Below are positions 46,313 to 51,990 of a stretch of DNA of 51,990 bases, one piece after another (the first letter of the stretch is position 1; each line of letters starts with the position of its first letter). Made by a program: the position numbers and the translations under genes. The DNA is taken from positions 91,992-143,981 of the forward strand of contig MEVX01000008.1 in NCBI GenBank assembly GCA_001773135.1. The letters are read 5' to 3'. Under the pieces are notes generated by a model. The model worked only from the letters and a program-made list of their open reading frames with translations. It had not been told where the DNA came from and did not search any database. This DNA is from a candidate division WWE3 bacterium RIFOXYB1_FULL_43_24. Lineage in GTDB: Bacteria > Patescibacteriota > WWE3 > UBA101185 > UBA10185.

Positions 46313-47977
46313 ATGAGTTCACTACGCAAAATCTCGATTCTGATTTTTAGCTTATTTATTTTCTTCGCAGCCCGTGTATCTGCCCAGGAATTAATCCAGG
46401 CCTTACAAATCGACTCTGTTGTTAACAAAGACGGCACCGTTAGGATTACTGAAACCATGCTGTACGATTTCGGTAATGAACAGCGCCACGGAATTTTCAG
46501 ATATATTCCTTACAAAAAAGTAAACCAGGATGGCAAGTCCTATGTTATGGATATAACAGTTGAGGGGGTTTCGGATGAAAAAGGAAACGGTTATAGATAT
46601 TCTGTTACAAAATCCGGAAACGATTTAACTATAAAAATAGGAGACCCCGATAAAACTGTCTCGGGGCAGCACATATATATAATATCCTACAGGGTTAACG
46701 GGAGTCTGACATACTTTGATACGTACGACGAGTTCTACTGGAACGGTATCGGAAGCGGATGGGACATACCGATAAATCTTGTACGCGCTGAGGTTAATTT
46801 TGGTCAAAGTTTTGGAGAAGGGGAGTTGGACGGAGTATGTTACACGGGTCTGGAGGGAAGTACTAATAAAGAGTGTGCCGTTGATAAATTACACAACGGC
46901 GTAACCTTCACAACCAACAAGGTTAACCCCGGGGAAGCCTTTACTTTTGCAGTTAAATTTCCTAAAGGCTACGCAGCAGTTTTAGAGCCCGCAGAAGACA
47001 AACCTTCTACCGTCCAATTGATTTTAATGGCCTTGGCGGGCATTGTAGCGGCTAGTTTTTATGTCTTTTTACCTATTTTCTTGTTAATTAAGTGGCTCCG
47101 TGAAAAAAAGCATGTCCGGGACACTGCGAGAATAGTGGCGGCGTGGTTCTCTCCTCCGAAAACTGCTGACGGAGAAGCTCTGACACCGGTAGAGACTGTA
47201 ATAACCGCTGACGTGACCGCCGGAAATAAAGCCGTCCCCGCCACAATAATTTCTTTGGCACAGAGGGGCTACATTAAAATCACACAAAAAGAAAAGAAAG
47301 AATTCATTTTTTCAAAAACCGAAAAACCTGAGGATGATTTGTTAAGACAGTATGAAAAAGATATCTACACTGCTATATTTTCCGAAGATGCTATTGAGGT
47401 GTCTACCAAAAAATTAAGTAAAAATGAAAAATTCGGGGTGGCAGGTACTTCACTCGCAAGTGAGGCCGCTGATTATTTAAAAAAGACCGGTGTTTTCAAA
47501 TCTAATCCTGTTAATACGTCTGGGGGCTATCTGGCATTATCAATAATGTCTTTTTTCACAGGGAATATATTTTTAGCGGCGGTGTCCTTTATATTGGGAA
47601 GAAAAAGTCCTAAAAGACCTGATTCGGGGATACAAACTTACTCCGAAGCCGTGTCACTGAAAAACTTTTTAGTCAGTCAGGACCCCCAGTTTGATTTTCA
47701 GGCGCAGGAAATGATGTTTTTTGAGAAACTTTTACCTTATGCTACAGCATTCGGAGTAGAAGACGTCTGGATTAAACGGTTTAAGGACCTATTTAACACC
47801 AACCCCGAATGGTACCGGGGAGATGATTTTACCCGGCTGGTAGTGCTGAACTCGATAGTTAACAGCTCCTATCACAGTGCTAGCGCTTCATCCAGAAGCT
47901 CTTCGGGCTTCGGTAGCGGATTTTCAGGAGGCTCTAGTGGCGGTGGGGGCGGTGGCGGGGGAGGAGGTAGCTGGTAA
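46313..47977 (+). CDS. DUF2207-like membrane protein with a poly-Gly C-terminal tail
   Basis: Start at MSSLRKISILIFSLFIFFAARVSAQE (signal peptide), mid-protein TM helices, and an SSGFGSGFSGGSSGGGGGGGGGGSW tail typical of DUF2207. The upstream part of the listed ORF covers the tRNA-linked element. Confidence 0.65.
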   Translation: MSSLRKISILIFSLFIFFAARVSAQELIQALQIDSVVNKDGTVRITETMLYDFGNEQRHGIFRYIPYKKVNQDGKSYVMDITVEGVSDEKGNGYRYSVTKSGNDLTIKIGDPDKTVSGQHIYIISYRVNGSLTYFDTYDEFYWNGIGSGWDIPINLVRAEVNFGQSFGEGELDGVCYTGLEGSTNKECAVDKLHNGVTFTTNKVNPGEAFTFAVKFPKGYAAVLEPAEDKPSTVQLILMALAGIVAASFYVFLPIFLLIKWLREKKHVRDTARIVAAWFSPPKTADGEALTPVETVITADVTAGNKAVPATIISLAQRGYIKITQKEKKEFIFSKTEKPEDDLLRQYEKDIYTAIFSEDAIEVSTKKLSKNEKFGVAGTSLASEAADYLKKTGVFKSNPVNTSGGYLALSIMSFFTGNIFLAAVSFILGRKSPKRPDSGIQTYSEAVSLKNFLVSQDPQFDFQAQEMMFFEKLLPYATAFGVEDVWIKRFKDLFNTNPEWYRGDDFTRLVVLNSIVNSSYHSASASSRSSSGFGSGFSGGSSGGGGGGGGGGSW

Positions 47978-48047
47978 ACAGTTAGTGATGACGTTTAGGC
48001 CGTAGTTGTTGATTTTTAGACACCCTCCTTTATAATAACGTTTGCAC

Positions 48048-48123
<76 letters not shown>

Positions 48124-48147
48124 GAAAATTTGCTAGTTGCTTTGCAT

Positions 48148-48223
48148 GGGGCGGTAGCCAAGTTGGTCAAGGCACCGGTCTGAAAAACCGGCTATGTGGG
48201 TTCGATCCCCACCCTCCCCACCA
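48148..48223 (+). tRNA. tRNA-Phe (anticodon GAA)
   Basis: GGGGCGG acceptor, CCGGT-CTGAAAA-ACCGG anticodon arm, GTGGGTTCGATCCCCAC T-arm, CCA. One C-U mismatch in the acceptor stem (position 5 with 68). Confidence 0.85.
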
Positions 48224-48309
48224 TGAAAAATTTAAAAAACGCTTTATTTAAACCCCACTTTTTAGAGCACTCCCTTCCTACAGTACGTAAAAAAGATTAA
48301 ACTAACTAT

Positions 48310-49116
48310 ATGAAAAACTCACTAATGATTGTTTTCTTCGCTTTTTTGCTCATTATTATCGGAGGTGGTCTATTTGTAATACTTAACAAAGACCCAACCG
48401 GTACAGCTGCCAACACGTTTAATACTGTTGCCGAAAAAGTTACCAAACCTTTACCTGCAACCTCCGAGGGTAGCGAAACAGAGGGAAGCATCGTTCCCGA
48501 AGGTTGGAGAGTCTACTCAAACGCCGATTTAAAGTTTTCTATAAACTACCCTAAAACCGTCTACAGTCAGCAAGGATCCTGCGAAAAACAAGTGGAAGGA
48601 CAAAACACTTCTTACAGATTTAAAACCGCTCAGGTGCCCGTAAAAATATTCGAAGACACCGATGGTATTTTTATATACCCCGAATTTAGAAATGAATTAT
48701 CGGGCGCAAAAACAGTTGATAACGTTTCTTATTTTAGCTCGTGCGAAAAAGTAACTACAACCTTAAGCTGGCTGAAGAGTGAGACGAAATCCTGGCATAT
48801 TATTGCAAAGTCAGTACCGACTAAAGAAGATCTGGAAACATTTGTTCAAACAAAATTCGGGGTCGGTTGTTCCGTCGGCACAATGACAAGCACTGCAGCT
48901 AATAATAAGGTGTACGACGTAAAAATATTGGGAGACGGGCTGGAACTTGGAGAGTCCCTTTGCGGAATAAACTACATATACGTACTTAAATACGTACCCG
49001 AAGCAAAAATGGTTTACACATACGATTTAGGCCAAGCATACACGTTCGCAAAAGATACGGGAGGGTCAGAATATTACGACGAAGAAATGAACAATAGTTT
49101 CCAGCCTATATTCTAA
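48310..49116 (+). CDS. Secreted/membrane-anchored hypothetical protein
   Basis: 268-aa ORF with an N-terminal hydrophobic helix. Confidence 0.45.
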   Translation: MKNSLMIVFFAFLLIIIGGGLFVILNKDPTGTAANTFNTVAEKVTKPLPATSEGSETEGSIVPEGWRVYSNADLKFSINYPKTVYSQQGSCEKQVEGQNTSYRFKTAQVPVKIFEDTDGIFIYPEFRNELSGAKTVDNVSYFSSCEKVTTTLSWLKSETKSWHIIAKSVPTKEDLETFVQTKFGVGCSVGTMTSTAANNKVYDVKILGDGLELGESLCGINYIYVLKYVPEAKMVYTYDLGQAYTFAKDTGGSEYYDEEMNNSFQPIF

Positions 49117-49146
49117 AACTGAGTACACCTGCCTAGGGTATAATTC

Positions 49147-50523
49147 ATGATTGTCATGTTTATTTCTAAGGAAACATTAAGTAAATTAAGCAATAAGTAT
49201 CATATGCTTTTGCACTCACTTCTGGGTGCTTTGCTGGGGTATGTGTTTTTCTATTTTGAGCCCAGTTACGGCATTATTCCGTCACTTATTTTAGGTGCGC
49301 TGGGGGCCATGCTCCCTGACGCCGATCACCTTTTCTACATATTTACGTATGGACGAAAAACCGACTACGCAAAGAATTTAAGGTACTTTTTAAGGAATAA
49401 AGAATTAAGAGAATTCCAAAAGTTTGCCATAGAAAATCATAAATTTAACACCGGCATTTATTCCCACAACCTAGTAACAGTTTTCATAGCAATAATATTT
49501 TTTTCTTACTTCGCATTCGTGCAGGAAAATTTCGGGGCAGCAGTTTTTACATTGGGAATGATCTCACACTATTCCTACGATATTTTCGAAGACTGGCTAC
49601 TTTTAGGGAGAATAAACCCTAACTGGTTTCTTTTATTTAAACGGGAAAAAATTAATACACCCGTCTTTCTTAAGAAACTATTTTTGTTTGCCAAACTCAT
49701 ACGTTTTTTTCCGAACATTTTAGGTTCGTTTCCGTTAGTGTACGGATATTTTTTGGCAAAAGATTTTAACCTATCCATAAAAGAATTGGGATTTATTTTT
49801 CTAGCAACTTTTTTATTTAGCCCGATTTTTTACGGGGCAATTTACATTATGGATGACATACGGGATCTTGAGTCAGATCGTAAACATCCTGTAAAAAGTC
49901 ACGGCCGCGCCATCGCTTCGGGTGAAGTTTCGTTAGCTGCGGCAAGAAGAATTTTTAAAATACTTTTTTTCTTTTCCTTCGTGTTCGCGCTCCTTTTATC
50001 TTATAAGCTTTTTGTAATTTTCGCTATATTCCTGGTCCTAAATTTGCTTTACCTGTTTTTCTTAAGAAAAATTCCTATTGCGGATATAGTAATGTCTACC
50101 GCGCTTCACTCAATGAAACTAATTACCGGTTTTGTTTTGGCTTCGGTGTCCCCTCTCAATTTTCTGGCTGTTGTAATTACGGATATCTTGGCATACCTGA
50201 GTATTGCTTCAGGCAAAAAAGTACTAGAACATAAACAAGGTTACGCGGAAAGTATGCTGGATACTAACTACGCTGATTATTTGTCTATATTTCAGTATTT
50301 AGTTTATGTTTTATCCATTACATACCTTTTTAGAACTATCGGTGAGCCGGGTTTGTTTTACAGAATAGTGGTAATGGTGGTGGCGCTCTCACTGACCGTT
50401 TTATATAAACCTAAGACAGCCATGAGATCCCTCGTGGATTTTTTGAGCTACGGGGACGATAGGGAAGGAACGTTTACCCGTGTTTTCAACATTAAACTGT
50501 GGAAAAGAGAAAAGAAAAGTTAA
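49147..50523 (+). CDS. Fusion of an N-terminal membrane-bound metal-dependent hydrolase-like module (DUF457/YdjM-like) with a C-terminal UbiA-family prenyltransferase
   Basis: The N-terminal ~170 aa has LPDADHLFY and HYSYD motifs. The C-terminal part has the Asp-rich MDDIRDLESDRKH motif of UbiA enzymes and multiple TM helices. Confidence 0.55.
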   Translation: MIVMFISKETLSKLSNKYHMLLHSLLGALLGYVFFYFEPSYGIIPSLILGALGAMLPDADHLFYIFTYGRKTDYAKNLRYFLRNKELREFQKFAIENHKFNTGIYSHNLVTVFIAIIFFSYFAFVQENFGAAVFTLGMISHYSYDIFEDWLLLGRINPNWFLLFKREKINTPVFLKKLFLFAKLIRFFPNILGSFPLVYGYFLAKDFNLSIKELGFIFLATFLFSPIFYGAIYIMDDIRDLESDRKHPVKSHGRAIASGEVSLAAARRIFKILFFFSFVFALLLSYKLFVIFAIFLVLNLLYLFFLRKIPIADIVMSTALHSMKLITGFVLASVSPLNFLAVVITDILAYLSIASGKKVLEHKQGYAESMLDTNYADYLSIFQYLVYVLSITYLFRTIGEPGLFYRIVVMVVALSLTVLYKPKTAMRSLVDFLSYGDDREGTFTRVFNIKLWKREKKS

Positions 50524-50822
50524 ACCGGCAGAACTGAAATTTCAATTATTTTTTCGGGGTCATCGTTTTCAGATGTTCTGTTGTGTTTTATTTCACCGCA
50601 CCTTTCGCATTTATGCACAACAAAAAAATCGCCCCGTTTCTTTACTATCCCGACGGGGCGCATCATACCTTTACAACTATTTGCTCTATCACCGGGCATT
50701 ATGTCTACATGTTCGCTGTAAAGGCATTTAGGGCAGTGGTTGGTGTATCCGGTTCCGGCGACAAACTCCCCGCAATTCTTACACTTAAAATCTTCTATTT
50801 TCTTATTAAAGGAAATGGACAT
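50520..50822 (-). CDS. RNHCP-domain zinc-ribbon protein
   Basis: CKNCG ... YTNHCPKCLYSEHVD ... HKCERCG. Confidence 0.65.
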   Translation of the reverse strand: MSISFNKKIEDFKCKNCGEFVAGTGYTNHCPKCLYSEHVDIMPGDRANSCKGMMRPVGIVKKRGDFFVVHKCERCGEIKHNRTSENDDPEKIIEISVLPV

Positions 50823-50823
50823 C

Positions 50824-51801
50824 TTATTTCATCAAAATATTAATAAATTCTCCGGTCATTTTGGCAGAATTCAAAAAGTTTTCGTAAGGTGCCCGCTGAC
50901 TCATAAGACACACTATCAGCTCGGATTCTTTTGTTTCGGTATAGACGACACCGCAGTCATGCCATGAATCGGGCCAGCTCCCGATTTTATGCGAGAATAT
51001 CAATCCATCTGTAAGGTATGCGCTAATCCTATCTTCGAACGAAGTGTTGATCATAAGATCTGATAAATACTTTTTATTTTCCGTGCCCAGGTAATCGCCG
51101 AAATATAGTTTTTCAAAAACATAGCTTATTTCTCCGGGAGTACTTAAATTGTATCTGTAAAACGTACTCGTGTTTTTATCCGGTACAACAGCATTAAACG
51201 TATCCTGGACATTCTTGTAGCTTAAGGTACGCAGTAAAATATTTTGAGCTGTATTATCACTATTTTTTAGTAGTTCTGACAAAATATCGCTAATTTTTAA
51301 TTGTATTCCGTGTGAATACGTACCTATTACGCCCGTTCCCGAAGCATAGTCGTAAGGAAGATAGGTAGCCGTGTCATCAAGCTTTAATTTTCCTGCTTCT
51401 ACCTCTTTTAAAACAGCTGCAGCAATCGGTACTTTATACAAAGATGCGGAATAAAACTCCGTGGTGTCGTTATACTTAAATTCCTTTCCGGAACCTACAT
51501 CTTTTATATATAACCCATAAACACCCGGTTCTATGGTCAGTTTTTTCGTTAGTTCGACAAACTCGGTTTCTACTTTTGTGAAGGTGATTTCGTCCTGAAT
51601 AATGGGTTTTGTTGAAGTTTGCGTAGTGTTGTTACGCTGGTAAACAACCTCTTTTATAAAGTTTCTACCAAAGAGTTTTATGTTGAATTTATCGCTCAGT
51701 ACCAGTATGAACAACGTTGCTGCAGCCAAAACGGGTAGGAATATTAACAAAAAGTCTGTATCCTTGTTGTTCACACGAGGTCTTTGGACAGTATCGGGCA
51801 C
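50824..51801 (-). CDS. Serine hydrolase, class A beta-lactamase-like, membrane anchored
   Basis: N-terminal TM. SASLYK contains an SxxK motif. SDN-like NSDNTAQN segment. Confidence 0.55.
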   Translation of the reverse strand: MPDTVQRPRVNNKDTDFLLIFLPVLAAATLFILVLSDKFNIKLFGRNFIKEVVYQRNNTTQTSTKPIIQDEITFTKVETEFVELTKKLTIEPGVYGLYIKDVGSGKEFKYNDTTEFYSASLYKVPIAAAVLKEVEAGKLKLDDTATYLPYDYASGTGVIGTYSHGIQLKISDILSELLKNSDNTAQNILLRTLSYKNVQDTFNAVVPDKNTSTFYRYNLSTPGEISYVFEKLYFGDYLGTENKKYLSDLMINTSFEDRISAYLTDGLIFSHKIGSWPDSWHDCGVVYTETKESELIVCLMSQRAPYENFLNSAKMTGEFINILMK

Positions 51802-51898
51802 ACACTAATTTAACCAAATAATATCGCAATTTCAAAGAGATTTGATAGAATAATGGACGGACGGGTGCGCAGGTTATTTTTGACCTGTTTGAAGTTTA

Positions 51899-51975
51899 GG
51901 GCTTGTAGCTCAGTTGGTCAGAGCGTTCGGTTTACATCCGAAAGGTCCCTGGTTCGAGCCCAGGCAGGCCCACCA
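51899..51975 (+). tRNA. tRNA-Val (anticodon TAC)
   Basis: GGGCTTG/CAGGCCC acceptor, TTCGG-TTTACAT-CCGAA anticodon arm, CCTGGTTCGAGCCCAGG T-arm, CCA. Confidence 0.9.
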
Positions 51976-51990
51976 TTTAAGGATGCTGCG

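Overview
Low-GC, gene-dense bacterial window. It is small-genome and Patescibacteria/CPR-like by gene content and style; that placement is inference only. Most of it is housekeeping: hisS, leuS, typA/bipA, map, tgt, rsmI, rpmG, rarA, dinB, a RelA/SpoT homolog, cspA, a DEAD-box helicase, a HelD-like helicase, a MacAB-like ABC exporter, envelope/lipid genes, and ten dispersed tRNA genes that all encode CCA. Three things stand out. (1) At 8.9-13.9 kb, directly 3' of tRNA-His, lies a RiPP-like island. It has two radical-SAM/SPASM maturases, three very Cys/Asp-rich short precursor peptides (two are below the ORF-track cutoff, one is on the opposite strand), and two HExxH peptidase paralogs. (2) Three tRNA genes (Arg-TCG, Leu-GAG, Glu-TTC) are each followed by a 96-126 nt insert that ends in a perfect 19-23 nt copy of that tRNA's own T-loop/acceptor/CCA 3' end. 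The Arg and Leu inserts share a colinear 76-nt core in which 8 of 11 differences form 4 compensatory base-pair changes, so I read it as a structured RNA family or miniature element tied to tRNA 3' ends. (3) The left edge (1-3.2 kb) is a GC-richer fragment resembling a conjugative/T4SS module and abuts the 3' end of tRNA-Lys. I saw no rRNA, CRISPR array, transposase or integrase.
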